The notes beneath the pieces are model-generated. The model did no database searches. It was not told where the DNA came from and saw nothing but the letters and a program-made list of their open reading frames with translations. Shown here one piece after another: positions 51,274 through 64,000 of a stretch of DNA of 64,000 nucleotides. The stretch's first letter is position 1, and every line of letters starts with the position of its first letter. The translations under genes and the position numbers were made by a program. Source of the DNA: Octopus vulgaris (taxonomy: Eukaryota); NCBI GenBank assembly GCA_951406725.2, contig OX597826.1, forward strand, positions 13,826,001-13,890,000, read 5' to 3'.

Positions 51274-51689
51274 ACAATATATTATTATATGATAACAATA
51301 TATAAAAAAGCATGACTGTGGCTAAGAAGCTTGCTTCACAACCACGTGGTTTTTGGTTCAGTCCCACTGCGAGGCCCCTTGGACAATTTTCTTCTACTAC
51401 AGCCCTGGGTCGACCAATTAGGAGGGGAAAGTGTGAGGAAGCTCGTCGTGTGTAAGTGTGTGCGTGTGCGTGTTTGTATCTCTGAGGTTGTGTTATAGTT
51501 GTACCCGCTTCCTGACGACCGCAACTCAGCAGTTCGATAAAAGAAACCGATAGAATATGTACAAGATCAATGCCTTTTGATGCAGTGTGGCTGAAGTCAA
51601 ATGGTTTAAGCAAATAAAAGATTAAAGATAATTGAATGTCAGTAACATAGTATATTAAATGTCAACAATAGTGAAATAAAAAAGCAAAG

Positions 51690-51886
51690 TTGAAAAACAT
51701 TTCGTGAAAGGCCTGGCTGGAGGTCCAACCTTCCATGTTCTTTTTACAGGGCTTAGAAAAACTGACGAACCCCCTGCAATGTGTGTGTGAATCTGAGAGG
51801 GGAATATGTTGGATAAAATCATAATTAACTGATCCTCCTGTATTTTCTTTAATACAGAGCCAGGACCTTTTCTGCATGCCCTCGTA
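51690..51886 (+). mobile_element. Mariner-derived MITE (partial); fuller copy at 57785-58003
   Basis: Alignable copies; right TIR agccaggaccttttctgcatgccctcg|ta. Confidence 0.7.
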
Positions 51887-52327
51887 TTTTGTTAAATCTG
51901 TCCCAGTATATTACTGGTATTCATTCTTTTGGGCCTACAGATCCCTGTGCTATTTGTACGCCTAACTACTGTTCTAATTCTTCAGCCATCTCTAACGCTT
52001 TTATATAAAGTAATATTGATTCTTTTTACTCTACACGGGACCACGTTTTATGCGGGAGTGAGTCGAGTTGAATGGATCGATATGCAGAATATTACAGATA
52101 TTTATTTCAAAAATGACTGATAGTCATTGTATTCAGACCTGAGCTCAGGTTCCATTGAAACTGAATTTATCTGTCTCTCTGAGGTCGATTAAATAAATGT
52201 AGCAAATTCGTTCAATCAAATCCGTCTTACATTTTTGTAGTTACAAGATCATTCGTTTCGAAGGGGATTAGTCGACTTTGTCGAAATCAATACGTGTGTA
52301 CGTGCGTGCGTGCGCGCATGTTTGCAT

Positions 52328-52363
<36 letters not shown>

Positions 52364-52393
52364 CGAACAACATGCTAAACGAATTTCAGTATA

Positions 52394-52915
52394 CCGTAAA
52401 TCCTCGAGTATAATCCGCATTTTTTCCCTAAAATTTAAAGGTCAAAATCCCTAGTGCGTACTATATACGAGGTTAAAAATGAAAAATATTTTCTAAGCAA
52501 TATCCGAGTCTCTATTTGCTGTCCGGCAATGTTTATTCAGACGCATTTCATGATGTCAGACCCGAAAATCCCTTAAGCTAAGCCTGAAAGCAATGAAGTT
52601 ATAAAAGAATCATCCATAAATTGCAGTAAGCAACATTTATTGAAATAAAAGTATTCAGAACACAGAATAACATATAACAAAAACAGTTTGCAAACATATT
52701 TACATTCCCATATAACAGTTAAGAACATCACTATTATTGTATTACGCATGCGCGGAAGTTTTTGTTCGACTAGGTGCTGCTGGCTTAATTACGCACGACT
52801 CGAGTTAGAGAAGGGGTGCGTATTATACACAAGGTTTAGGTTTTTCAGAAGTACAGCCCCCTAAAAATCCCCCGCGTATTATACTCAAGAGCGCACTATA
52901 CTCGAGGATTTACGG
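52394..52915. mobile_element. Tc1/mariner-pogo-type MITE
   Basis: TA|ccgtaaatcctcgagtata ... tatactcgaggatttacgg|TA perfect TIRs; no coding capacity. Confidence 0.9.
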
Positions 52916-53077
52916 TATGTAGTAACGTATCTTATTTACATCAGACACTGGACAAAACACAGCCTGCATTGATGGATGTAACACAACTATATGTACTATA
53001 TCCCACCCGTAAGGGACAGATGCAGGATGATTCGAAACGACCGTTTTGCTGAATAGTTTTGCTAGATCCATTTCGTA

Positions 53078-53243
53078 CAGCGGGTTCTAGGACCATATAT
53101 ACACCAGGATCGAGCAACCATAAAAGGAAACACCACCGCAAGACCCTGTGATTCGCTCCCCACTTTTCTCTAAACGTCCGGACATGCGTAGATAAGATTT
53201 TTCATAGGCTGGTTGATAAGCATTTCATGCGATCACACAAATT
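53078..53243 (+). mobile_element. Penelope-like ORF fragment (duplicate of ~54017-54180)
   Basis: Near-identical nucleotide match visible by eye. Confidence 0.8.
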
Positions 53244-53547
53244 TGTATTATGTATATATCTATATGTATATTCTTTATCTTGTACAGAATGTATGATGGT
53301 GTTATTTCATTATTTCATTATTACTAACTTTATGGTTGTTAATGGGTTTCACTGTGTGTCGGTGTGAGTGCATGTAAAACCCTGAAGAAGATATATATCA
53401 TCAGCCGAAATTGCGAGGATGATCCGGTTCTTGACTGAGGATAAAAAGCTTCGAATGACTCGTCCTTGGTTTTTGTATCGTCTATCTGGATGTTTTGTTG
53501 TCCCTTTTTGTATCACCTAGTTGTTCAGATGTTTTGCGTTCTTGTCC

Positions 53548-53762
53548 GCAATGACCCAGTGGTTAAGGCAGCGGACTCGCGGTCGTAGGATCGCGGTTTC
53601 GATTCCCAGACCGGGCGTTGTGTGTGTTTATTGAGCGAAAACACCTAAAAGCTCCACGAGGCTCCGGCAGGGGGTGGTGATCCCTGCTGTACTCTTTCAC
53701 CAAAGGCGGTGCTCCAGCATGGCCACAGTCACATGACTGAAACAAGTAAAAAGTAAAAGTAA
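53548..53762 (+). mobile_element. Chimeric SINE: family B 5' part fused to family A tail
   Basis: Family B sequence to ...ctgtactctttcacc, then directly aaaggcggtgctccagcatggcc...tgactgaaacaagtaaaa. Confidence 0.8.
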
Positions 53763-53832
<70 letters not shown>

Positions 53833-53861
53833 ATATGTATATATGTATGTATAAAAAATCA

Positions 53862-54620
53862 TACCATACTGCAATCCGGTATCATACAGCCGCCTGCCAC
53901 CCACCTATAGTGTTCAAAAACCTAATAAAAGGTATCAGTAAATGGATTTCGATCTTATCTCCAAATAATGATATTTTCGACGCAGCGGCCCCCTTTTACA
54001 ATGTGGCGCTAGCGGCCAGCGGGTTCAAGGACCATATACACACCGGGATCGAGCAACCATAAAAGGAAACGCCCCCGCAAGACCTTATGATTCGCTCCCC
54101 ACTTCTCTCTAAACGACCGGACATGCGTAGATAAGATTTTTCTTAGGTTGGTTGATAAGCATTTCATGCGATCACACAAATATAGAAAGATCTTTTACAG
54201 ATATAATTTAAGGATCTCTTTCAGTTGTTCACCCAGTGTTAAGAACAATTACTTAGCACTCCTAAACCACGGACAAAGGCAGCTTGTTCATGCAGGATTA
54301 GAAATGAATGCCCAGTAGACGGCCGATGTAACACCGAACTACAATGTAGCAAGCAAAGGTAGCCTCAAACAAGAGCAGCACAAATATCAGTAACATCAAT
54401 GCCAACACAGGGACACACACTAAAATTTATGTCGGATCTTGTGAATCCAAAGTTAAAATTCTCCTGAACAAACATTGATCTTCTTTCAGGGTTCCCAGAG
54501 AGACGCAATACAACGACACTCGCATCATATGTATGGCACCTAAAGGACGATCATACGCTATTTAGCGTCAGGTGGAAATTACTAGAAACTTGTGGACCCT
54601 ATCGCAATGGAACTAGACAT
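53862..54620 (+). mobile_element. Degenerate Penelope-like element ORF (RT thumb, linker, GIY-YIG)
   Basis: CHPPIVFKNLIKGISKWISILSPNNDIFDAAAPFYNVALAASGFK; LRLVDKHFMRSHKYRKIFYRYNLRISFSCSP; CSCRIRNECPVDGRC; IYVGSCE; TTLASYVWHLKD...VRWKLLETCGPYRNG. Confidence 0.85.
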
Positions 54621-55100
54621 TTGCCATATTCTGAACGCCTTAGTTCCCTGGGCATGGACACATTGAAACTCCGTTGTCTGGCAGCTGACTTGGAAGACAC
54701 CCATAAAATTATTAACCATCTTGCCAATAATAACTCTGAACACCTTTTCAAACTCCACCTGTCTAACATCTGTGGACATGTTTACAAAGTCAGAAAACAG
54801 CACAGCTACCATGACTTTCGGAAACATTTTTTCACGCTAAGAGTTGCTGAAGTAAGGAACAAACTGCCGGCATCAGTTGTTAGTTGTCAGAGCACTGCAT
54901 CCTTCAAAACTTCCATGCTTCCTGAGATTCGCCAACAACTACACCTGATTTTCTCCCCTCCATACACATGCAAGCATGTATCTGACTCATACACTGTTCG
55001 CTTTCCAGACATTTGTACATTACTGCATATAATTTATACGCACTTTTGACAAGTTGTGGTGCACCTGAGCGCTGTATACAATAATTTTATTATTATTATA
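54621..55100 (+). mobile_element. CR1-clade LINE 3' end
   Basis: LPYSERLSSLGMDTLKLRCLAADL...GHVYKVRKQHSYHDFRKHFFTLRVAEVRNKLP...SFK, then a short UTR and (TTA)n tail. Confidence 0.85.
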
Positions 55101-55428
55101 TATAAGACTATGTAAATTGTGTATGGCAAAATCTATATATAATCCTTATGAACTCACATGAGCCATGAGGTTACCTGAACTCCAGGATGGAAGCCGTGGG
55201 ATGTGGTCCACATCTTCGGAAATCCTTACTCGAAAATATAATTTACTCCCTGATCAAAAACTGCAGTGTCTGCAGGATTACTCGTAACACACACATGGGT
55301 ATTGAGGATAAATACGTGTTCACATTCGGCTGTATATTTCTGGAAGTGTTGGTTGAATATCGGTTATGCGATGACGCTTGATCGCGCACATATTTAATCC
55401 TAACACTCTCATAATTATATCTTGAAAT

Positions 55429-55496
55429 GCTGCACTGAAGATGAGAAATAAGTAAGTAAATATAACTTTACTTTAATCTCGAAACGCGTATGTAGC
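55429..55496 (+). ncRNA. Type I hammerhead ribozyme (family 6)
   Basis: gctgca-CTGAAGA-t gaga...tctc-GAAA-cgcg-TA-tgtagc; palindromic helix III ACGCGT; 6-bp helix I. Confidence 0.85.
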
Positions 55497-55675
55497 TAAT
55501 CTGAGTCGTGTGGATTCTTTATTTTTTCTTTTTGCCTACGTAAAAAAGTGTGTTACTGTCTGGGAGATCTATATGGTAGCAGAAAAGGCATTTTAACTCC
55601 TATTTCTAAATTCGGTGCGTGGCGAAGCAATTAGCTGACCCCTGATTATAACTATGTTTATAATTATAGAATATT

Positions 55676-55711
<36 letters not shown>

Positions 55712-55862
55712 TCGCAGACAAGAAAGTAAATATAAGATATACCAAGGCAAATCGAATTGCAAACAGCAACTACAGCAATGTAATGCATTTGATACTACCC
55801 AGGGGTTTATTTCTATGAGTATTAAAATCGCTGAACCTGGAGGCAAGCCCAGGACCTCTTTG

Positions 55863-55950
55863 CCATATGCCCACGGGCATATGGTGTAGTGGTTAAGAGC
55901 GCAGGCTACTAACCCCAAGATTCCAAGTTAGATTCCAGGCAGTGGCCTGA

Positions 55951-55984
<34 letters not shown>

Positions 55985-56235
55985 CGACGACGACGACGAC
56001 GATGATGATGATGATGACGACGACGACGACGATGATGATGATGGGGATGAGGAGGAGGAGAAGGATAATAATAATAATGATAACATCAAAAAATACCTTA
56101 GGAATAAGAACCCAGGTTCGAAATTTCCCCAAGACACCTGATGACGGCTGGTGGGTATATCAGCCGAAACGTTGTGATAACAACAAACAGGATGAGGACA
56201 AATATCCGTCAAATGTAAATAATATAAATAATGTA
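55863..56235 (+). mobile_element. tRNA-headed hammerhead element (family 3), head and ribozyme collinear
   Basis: gggcatatggtgtagtggttaagagcgcaggctactaacc...gattccaggcagtggcc, then a (TGA/CGA/TAA)n spacer, then a hammerhead; 5' palindrome ccatatgccc-ac-gggcatatgg. Confidence 0.75.
56133..56178 (+). ncRNA. Minimal type I hammerhead ribozyme
   Basis: gacac-CTGATGA-c ggctggt gggt atatcagcc-GAAA-cg-TT-gtgat. Confidence 0.8.
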
Positions 56236-56376
56236 TATTAACTTCCACGCCAAGAATCTAACAGGGCTTTTACTTGCTTCACAGAATAATGATTTAAACA
56301 AAAGTGATTTTCCCCATAATTAGAATATACGCCAAATATATTTTAAATCAATGTGAAGATATAGAATGTAACTTAC

Positions 56377-56464
56377 CCAATTGTAAGCAGTAGTAGGCAT
56401 TTGTTTCTGGTAAACACATTTCATTTCTCTCACATGAATGATTGAAGCAGCTTCCAGCCAAACG
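56377..56464 (-). CDS. Exon 2 of the PAN-EGF-Sushi gene (88 nt, phase 0-1), short EGF-like Cys module
   Basis: catcatcag|CGT ... TTGG|gtaagt; RLAGSCFNHSCERNEMCLPETNAYYCLQL; bridges the phase 0 donor of exon 1 to the phase 1 acceptor of exon 3. Confidence 0.85.
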
Positions 56465-56744
56465 CTGATGATGAAGACAAGAATGGCAGTTTTGTTTTAT
56501 AAGAGGGATTAAGCAATATGAAAACTCTTACTTTTATAGGCAACGACTAGAATATCACGTGTTCAAAGCTTTATTCAAAGCCTCGCAATTGTAAATGCAC
56601 CAGGGAAGGAAAACAGTTGAGAAGCTTTCTGTCAATGATTTAGAGAAATAATTCCTAACTTACCAAAGAGTTACGTGAGACTCAGTCGACGAAACGAATG
56701 CAGCAGTTTAAAAATATGTAAAAGGGATTCATAACAGATCTCTA

Positions 56745-57230
<486 letters not shown>

Positions 57231-57784
57231 TATGTTTATGTTTTCCGTTTGGCGCGTGGAATATAGTTCACTTTCCCCTGCACACATTCCGGAGAAATGA
57301 ATTTAAAATCATTGTTGAAGCACACCCATTAAAAAAAAATAGTAGGAATAAGAGAATATTGACGATTCAAGTTGTATGTTCAGTTCTTTATTTGATGTTC
57401 AACGATGGCTTCATGCTATTCTATTCCAAGAAAATGTGTGCTGTTTTCCAGCGGCGTCTTCGTCCTACTTCTTGGGTGAAGTTGGGTACTGGAGACGGTC
57501 GATTTCAAAACCTGTCATGAAGGCTTGTGGCAATGCTGACGTGTTAACGTGGATAGAAAACGGATCTCCAGAAACAAGAGTCACCACTTCGGATCACACG
57601 CTCAGTCAGTCTCCCTTCTAATCCGGTACTGGATAATCTGACCAGCAAGCTTTATTGTGACGTGTCGCATTGGTTCATTCCCATCTTGGCAATCTTCTAC
57701 TGCAACTAGTATCAAACCGAAAGAATTCCCTGTTATGTGAACTAAGGAATGGCAGTGCTGAAGAAAGTCTTTAACAAAGAAGAA

Positions 57785-58003
57785 ACGAAAGGGTGCTGAA
57801 AAGTTTCTGGCTTTAAGGATATCGCGAAACGCCTTGTGTGAGGCCCAGCCTTTCGAGTACTTTTACAGGGCTTAGGAAAACTGAAAGACTGCTGCAATGA
57901 GTGTGTGAATCTAGGAAGGGGACATGTTGAATGAAATTATAATTAACTGATCCTCCTGAATTTTCTTTAATACAGAGCCAGGAACTTTTCAGTAGTCTTC
58001 ATA
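57785..58003 (+). mobile_element. Mariner-derived MITE
   Basis: TIRs gctgaaaagtttctggct / agccaggaacttttcagt; internal remnant of a transposase C-terminus (GLGKLKDCCNECVNLGRGHVE*). Confidence 0.75.
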
Positions 58004-58004
<1 letters not shown>

Positions 58005-58034
<30 letters not shown>

Positions 58035-58700
58035 AAGAAGAAGAAGAAGAAGAAGAAGAAGAAGAAGAAGAAGAAGAAGAAGAAGGGAGGAGGAGGAGGA
58101 GGAGGATAAAAGAAGAAGAAGAAGAAAAAAGGAAAAAAGAAGAAAGAAGAAGAAAGAGGAGAAGAAGAAGAAGAAGAAGAAAGAAAGAAGAAGAAGAAGA
58201 AGAAGAAAGAAGAAGAAAGAAGAAAAAGAACAAAGAAGAAGAAGAGCAAAGAAGAAGAACAAAGAAGAAGAAGAACAAAGAAGAAGAAGAACAAAGAAGA
58301 AGAACAAAGAAGAAGAAGGACAAAGAAGAAGAAGAACAAAGAAGAAGAAGAACAAAGAAGAAGAAGAACAAAGAAGAAGAAGAAGAAGAAGAACAACAAC
58401 AACAACAACAACAAAGAAAAAGAAGAAGAAGAAGAAGAAGAAGAAGAACAACAACAACAACAACAAAGAAGAAGAAGAAGAAGAAGAAGAAGAACAACAA
58501 CAACAACAACAACAACGAAGAAGAAGAAGAAGAAGAAGAAGAAGAAGAACAACAACAACAACAACAACGAAGAAGAAGAAGAAGAACAACAACAACAACA
58601 AAGAAGAAGAAGAAGAAGAAGAAGAAGAAGAAGAAGAAGAAGAAGAAGAAGAAGAAGAAGAAGAAGAAGAAGAAGAAGAAGAAGAAGAAGAAGAAGAAGA
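58005..58700. repeat. Complex (GAA)n/(CAA)n tract, ~700 bp
   Basis: Directly visible; includes repeated GAAGAAGAAGAACAAA units. Confidence 0.95.
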
Positions 58701-58794
58701 ACCCTATAAACAAACAGTTAGGAATATCGATCCTATTGATTACGTTTCAAAATTGAAAGACACACAAAGGCAAAGTAAAATTTCTCTCACTGAC

Positions 58795-59106
58795 CGGATC
58801 CCAGGTTTTGATGAAGCTGAATACATAGTGGTCAATCTCTCTCAAATTGTGCCGCACGGCGAAGTAAATTTCGCATATTTCCTTCTTTTGGTTGAAAGCG
58901 AAGCTATTGCATGCGGATCTGTAAAGACATAACTTGGCGCATTCTTTGGTGATGGAAATATTTGAAAACCTCGCAATATGTTTATGTCTCGGTTTCATGT
59001 GAGGGAGAATTTCTGGACATATCTTGTTGGGATTTTTTGAGAATACTGGCACTCCATTATTGTATAATAAGAAGAGAAGAAATATCGGGAGAGCTATAGT
59101 GTTCAT
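58795..59106 (-). CDS. First coding exon of a secreted PAN/Apple-EGF-like-Sushi protein (signal peptide + PAN domain)
   Basis: MNTIALPIFLLFLLYNNG signal-like N-terminus; ECAKLCLYRSACNSFAFNQKKEICEI (PAN C-x3-C-x5-C-x-S-F-x-F...C); donor CCG|gtcagt in phase 0. Confidence 0.85.
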
Positions 59107-59839
59107 GACGGAGGTAAAATAAAAGTTTATAAAAACTAAGCTGCGTTAAGGTTGGTGAACAGCTAGCTATTCGATGTCCAGTCGTTGCTGGAAAGGAGAT
59201 GCTATTCATATGAACGGAAGGACCAGCAGGTGAATTATATATATATGCATACGTGTGTGTGTGTGTGTGTGTGTTTGCTAGTGTGTGTATGTGTATGTAT
59301 GCATGTATGTGTGTGTGTGCGCGTATGTGTATGCTAGTGTGTATGTGTATGTATGTATGTATGTATGTATGTGTGTGTCTGTGTGTGTGTAGGTGCGTAC
59401 ATACATATGGGGCGTGCGTTCGTGTGCTCATTTAAACATGTGTGTGTGTGCTAGTGTGTGTATGTATGTATGTATGTGTATGTGTGCGTATGTTTGTGTA
59501 TGTGTATATATGTATGTATGTATGTGTGTGTGTGTAGGTGTGTACATACATATGGGGCGTGCGTTCGTGTGTTCATTTAAACGTGTCTCTGCACATGCGT
59601 GCAAGTGTGTGTATATGTATGTGTGCGTGCATGTGTGCGTGTGCGAGTGTGTGTGTGCGTGTGTATGTATGTGTATATGCTAGTGTGTGTGTGTGTGTGT
59701 GCGTGCGTGTGTAATTGTATGTGTATGTGTAAAGAATATTGATCGAAATATAGAAAAACAAAAAAGAAACGGTACGTAGATTGGCGGAGAAATTAATGAA
59801 GGAATCGATTTGCAATGATGTCTAATAGTAAAGTAATTA

Positions 59840-60565
59840 AGGACGGAGAGCTGACAGAATCGTTAGCACACTGGTACTTCGTATGCCGCTACGTTCCGAG
59901 TTCAAATTCCGCCGAGGTCGACTTTGCCTTTCATCCCTTCGGGGTCGATTAAATAAGTACCAGTTACGCACTGGAGTCGATATAATCGACTTAACCCCTT
60001 TGTCTGTCCTTGTTTGTCCTCTCTGTGTTTAGCCCCTTGTGGGTAGTAAAGAAATAGGCATTTCGTCTGAGTTCAAATTCCGCCGAGGTCGACTTTGCCT
60101 TTCATCCTTTCGGGGTCGATTAAATAAGTACCAGTTACACACTGGAGTCGATCTAATCTACTTAACCCCTTTGTCTGTCCCTGTTTGTCCTCTCTGTGTT
60201 TAGCCCCTTGTGGGCCGTAAAGAAATAGGCATTTCGTATGCCACTACGTTCTGAGTTCAAATTCCGCTGAGGTCGACTTTGCCTTTCATCCTTTCGGGGT
60301 CGATTAAATAAGTACCAGTTACACACTGGAGTCGATCTAATCTACTTAACCCCTTTGTCTGTTCTTGTTTGTCCTCTCTGTGTTTAGCCCCTTGTGGGCC
60401 GTAAAGAAATAGGCATTTCGTCTGTCTCTACGTTCTGAGTCTTTCATCCTTTGTCTTTGTTTTTCATCCTTTTGGGGGACAATGAAATAAGTACCAGTTA
60501 CGCACTGGGGTCGATATAACCAACAAGCCGCCTCCCCTCAAATTTCAGACTTTGTGCTTTATTAT
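59840..60565 (+). mobile_element. SINE family C with internal tandem array (about 4 units)
   Basis: gagttcaaattccgccgaggtcgac at ~59899, 60069 and 60253 and decayed at ~60437; same unit as 19105-20410. Confidence 0.85.
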
Positions 60566-61379
60566 TATAGCTGGGTTCTAACCCGGGCCGCAGCAACAAA
60601 GTCCACCTACTTCACTTCTCGGTCCAACATCACTGCTTCGCGGTCCTGGATACATTCCAGGCCATTGTCTGCGATCAAGCTGTAGATGTAAGTGCGACGA
60701 CAATTTCGTCTTCTTATATCAACATCTTAAAACATCAACACCTTGTAACTATATTTAACTTCTAACATTATTCTTGATCTCTTACCATTTTGCAGATTCC
60801 TTATGGATTCAGTGATATCTCTAAGGAAGAAATTATTCTCATGTTTGTTTAAATATTTTGTGCAACTACACGAGGTACATCAACGAATTCCTCCAAAATC
60901 ATTACAAATCCAACAAGGCAGTGCCTGGTAAATTAAAGAATTTGGATTGTTCTGAAAGACTATTAAGTAATAAACTATTGTGGTGCGAAGTAAATACAAA
61001 ATGCCGTAAGAACTGTGTGCTAATATATTTTGATTATAGAAAGAGGTTTTCTTTATTCCCATTCATGATTGCCATAGCCACTGCATTATGTCTTCTCTGC
61101 TGACTCCCGGTAAGGTGTAGAAGAAATTCGTCAATTCTTTCACCACTGTAACTTAAAACACACCTATTGTCTCCGAGTTGGCAATTTTTTTCAATGCAAG
61201 CCCGGACAGACCAAGGAATTGAACTAGTTATGGCCGTATAATGTAGCAGGAAGACCGTTATAATGTGCCATTTTAAAGCCAAATAATGTTCGTTCATCGT
61301 TTGACAATGATTGTGTGTGTGTGTGTATGTGTAAACAAACGAATGATTGAATTCTAATCTTGAGTCTATAGCCTTTATA

Positions 61380-61790
61380 GACGTAGGAGTGGCTGTGTGG
61401 TAAGTAGCTTGCTTACCGACCACATTGTTCAGGGTTCAGTGCCACGTAGTGGGCAAGTGTCTTCTACTATAGCCTCGGGCCGACCAACACCTTGTGAGTG
61501 GATTTGGTAGACGGAAACTGAAAGAAGCCCGTCGCATTTATGTATACATATATGTATGTGTGTGTATGTGTTTGCGTGTCTGTGTTTGTCCTCCCAACAT
61601 CGCTTGACAACCGATGCTGGTGTGTTTACGTCCCCGTAACTTAGCGGTTCGGCAAAAGAAACCGATAGAATAAGTACTAGGCTTACAAAGAATAAGTCCT
61701 GGGGTCGATTTGCTCGACTAAAGGTGGTGCTCCAGCATGGCCACAGTCAAATGACTGAAACAAGTAAAAGTGTAAAAGAGTAAAAGAGCC
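61380..61790 (+). mobile_element. SINE family A
   Basis: Family consensus match. Confidence 0.9.
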
Positions 61791-61945
61791 TCTTTACGTA
61801 GCATGAAGAAGAAGAGGTTGCCTCCCGACGCAGAAAGTGATAGAACTTACCATCTATGTAAGTCTGTGCTTGCTTGTGACTGTGTATGTGTGTACACGTG
61901 TGTCTGCGTGTCTGTGCGTATGTGTATGTATGCATGTATATGTGA

Positions 61946-62014
<69 letters not shown>

Positions 62015-63375
62015 AAATACGAAAGAGTATTGGCTGAAAGCGTGTCGGAAGTTTTGCTCCTGGATCATGACATGTCTATCTGCTGCTGGTTATTCGTTAT
62101 GGTGTTTAAGCAGGATACATGGAGCAATTTATTACGTAATGTCAGCTGAACAAAGACACCTGATTTGGGACAATTTGCTAGACATGTTTATCGCTGATCA
62201 ACAGACTGATACGAAATATTACTTTGCAAATCTGCTTATTTATTATTAACTGCATTTGCCGATACAAGAGTATCGGGTTTTTTAAATATTAAGTGTTTGC
62301 CAACAGAAATGATTTTCAATGTTATTAATAATACAAGAGAAATCTTTTGAAAAAACAAGTTTAGTATTTCTCAACTAAGCATAAGGACGTTATTGCCTCC
62401 ACCAAAATGACGAGCATTTATTTTTATTGAACCAAGAATGTCAGAAGACCGAGCAGGATTTGAAATCAGAACGTCAACAGACATAATAATTCAATTCTGT
62501 AGAAATTTTGTTCGCTGCTGTTTCCTCTATTGTCTTTGGTGACGCTTTGATAAAGACGACATTAAACAATCGTAATGCGACACACTGAGAAAAATGCTTT
62601 GTGGCATTTCGTCCGCCCTTACGTTCTGAGTTCAAATTCCGCTGGGGTCGATGAAATCTGTACCTGTTGAGCACTGGGGTTGATATAGTCGACTTAACTC
62701 TTCCTCCTAAATTGCTGGCCTTGTACTAAAATTTCAAAGCAATATTAAGCAATTGTATTTTGTTCATTTTGGGGGGTTTAATTTTGGTCCGTATATCGAG
62801 TTGAGATGTGGTTTGGGGAGGATTTAACAGTCATTTTATCAGACCATACAGACTCCAGTCTATCGAGTAACAAATCTTGTTTAAAGGCTCTATCAGAGCT
62901 GGTCACTTTTCTTCTTTCTTTTTTCTCTTCGCATAAATATGCATGTTTTGCGCCCGCGCTTCTCCAAATAATTTGGTGTTACCCACATTAAAGATGAAGG
63001 ACCTTTAACCTTTACACGCAAAAAAAACAAAGTCTTGGTACTGAGACACTGAGCGTCAAAGAAAGCTGAAAATAGGCCACCAGAATCTCCACAATGTACA
63101 TGCTACTCTGGATACAGAACTATAATTGTGCAGTTACGCATCAGAGATGTAGGTGCACTTTTCGATTCCTTAATCCTACGTATTCATTAACCCTTGCAGA
63201 TTCACCTCTGTACAATGATTAGGTATCCTAGCCCATGAGGTGCAACTTCTCTTGAATGGCAATAAACCACCACCGGAATACAAGCAGTTGCCAACTAAAT
63301 GTCAAAGAAGACAGCAAAAGGACTGAATTTGCTGCTCTTCGTTAAGTTATTATTATAAGCTAATTTTCCACAAGT

Positions 63376-63670
63376 GGAGGCAGGTAGCCTAGTGGTTAGA
63401 GCAGCGGACTCGCGGTCGAGGGATCACGGGTTCTAATCTCAGCCCCGGCGATGTGTGTGTTTATGATCGAAACACCTAAGCTTCACGCGGCTCCGGCAGA
63501 AGGTAATAGCGAACTTCTGCTGACTCTTTCGCCACAACTTTCTCTCACTCTTTCCTCTTGCAGCTCACCTGCGACAGACTGGCGTCCCGTCCAGGTGGGG
63601 AACCTATACGCCAAGGAAACCGGGAAACCGGCCCTAATGAGCCAGGCGTGGCTCGAGAAGGAGAAAACAA
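63376..63670 (+). mobile_element. SINE family B, variant 2
   Basis: A/B-box head; collinear with 9520-9812; flanked by the direct repeat aattttccacaag (63362-63374 and ~63682-63694), a likely TSD. Confidence 0.9.
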
Positions 63671-64000
63671 ACAACAATAACAATTTTCCACAAGGCCAGC
63701 GAATCGAGTTCTTTGTCTCATTCACTGTCTCCAATATCAGAAGTAGGAACATAAACTTTAATAACATACAAGATCCTCGATAACAGTATCAGGATAGTAA
63801 TCCACGCCGTCAAATATTCACAAAAAAGGTACTTGCGGTTCAGTATTTTTAGAGAAGCACAGATTGCATATGAAAACGTTCGTTCTTTCTGTGTTTCTTT
63901 TAATGAAGTGAATGAATATTTAGAGTAATTACTAAAATAACTTTTCATTTCTTTCAGTCATTTGACTGCGGCCATGCTGGGGTACCGTCTTGAGGAATTT

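Overview
Eukaryotic, AT-rich and repeat-dominated DNA. The tRNA-derived SINE families, microsatellite load and protein domain architecture point to an octopod cephalopod (inference; no search was run). Almost all long ORFs in the supplied track are microsatellite artefacts. Five main things are present. (1) A spliced minus-strand gene (about 59106 to 41206 or beyond) with five phase-compatible exons encoding signal peptide, PAN/Apple, EGF-like and three Sushi/CCP-like modules. (2) A plus-strand array (1.6-17.1 kb) of tandemly duplicated symmetric 108-nt exons encoding a Thr/Glu-rich, N-glycosylation-prone 36-aa repeat; four copies are intact and three are broken. (3) At least 10 type-I hammerhead-ribozyme motifs from about six small non-autonomous Penelope-like/retrozyme families, including a U3-A8 covariant core and a tRNA-headed SINE-like element that carries a hammerhead. 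(4) A 2.1-kb composite Helitron that appears to have captured an exon-like sequence. (5) Many transposon relics: three SINE families (one amplified into internal ~184-bp tandem arrays), mariner derivatives, MITEs, Helitron Rep, R4/Dong-like, Penelope, CR1 and Tx1/L1-type ORF1 fragments. All structures were read by eye, and TE boundaries are approximate unless termini are quoted.
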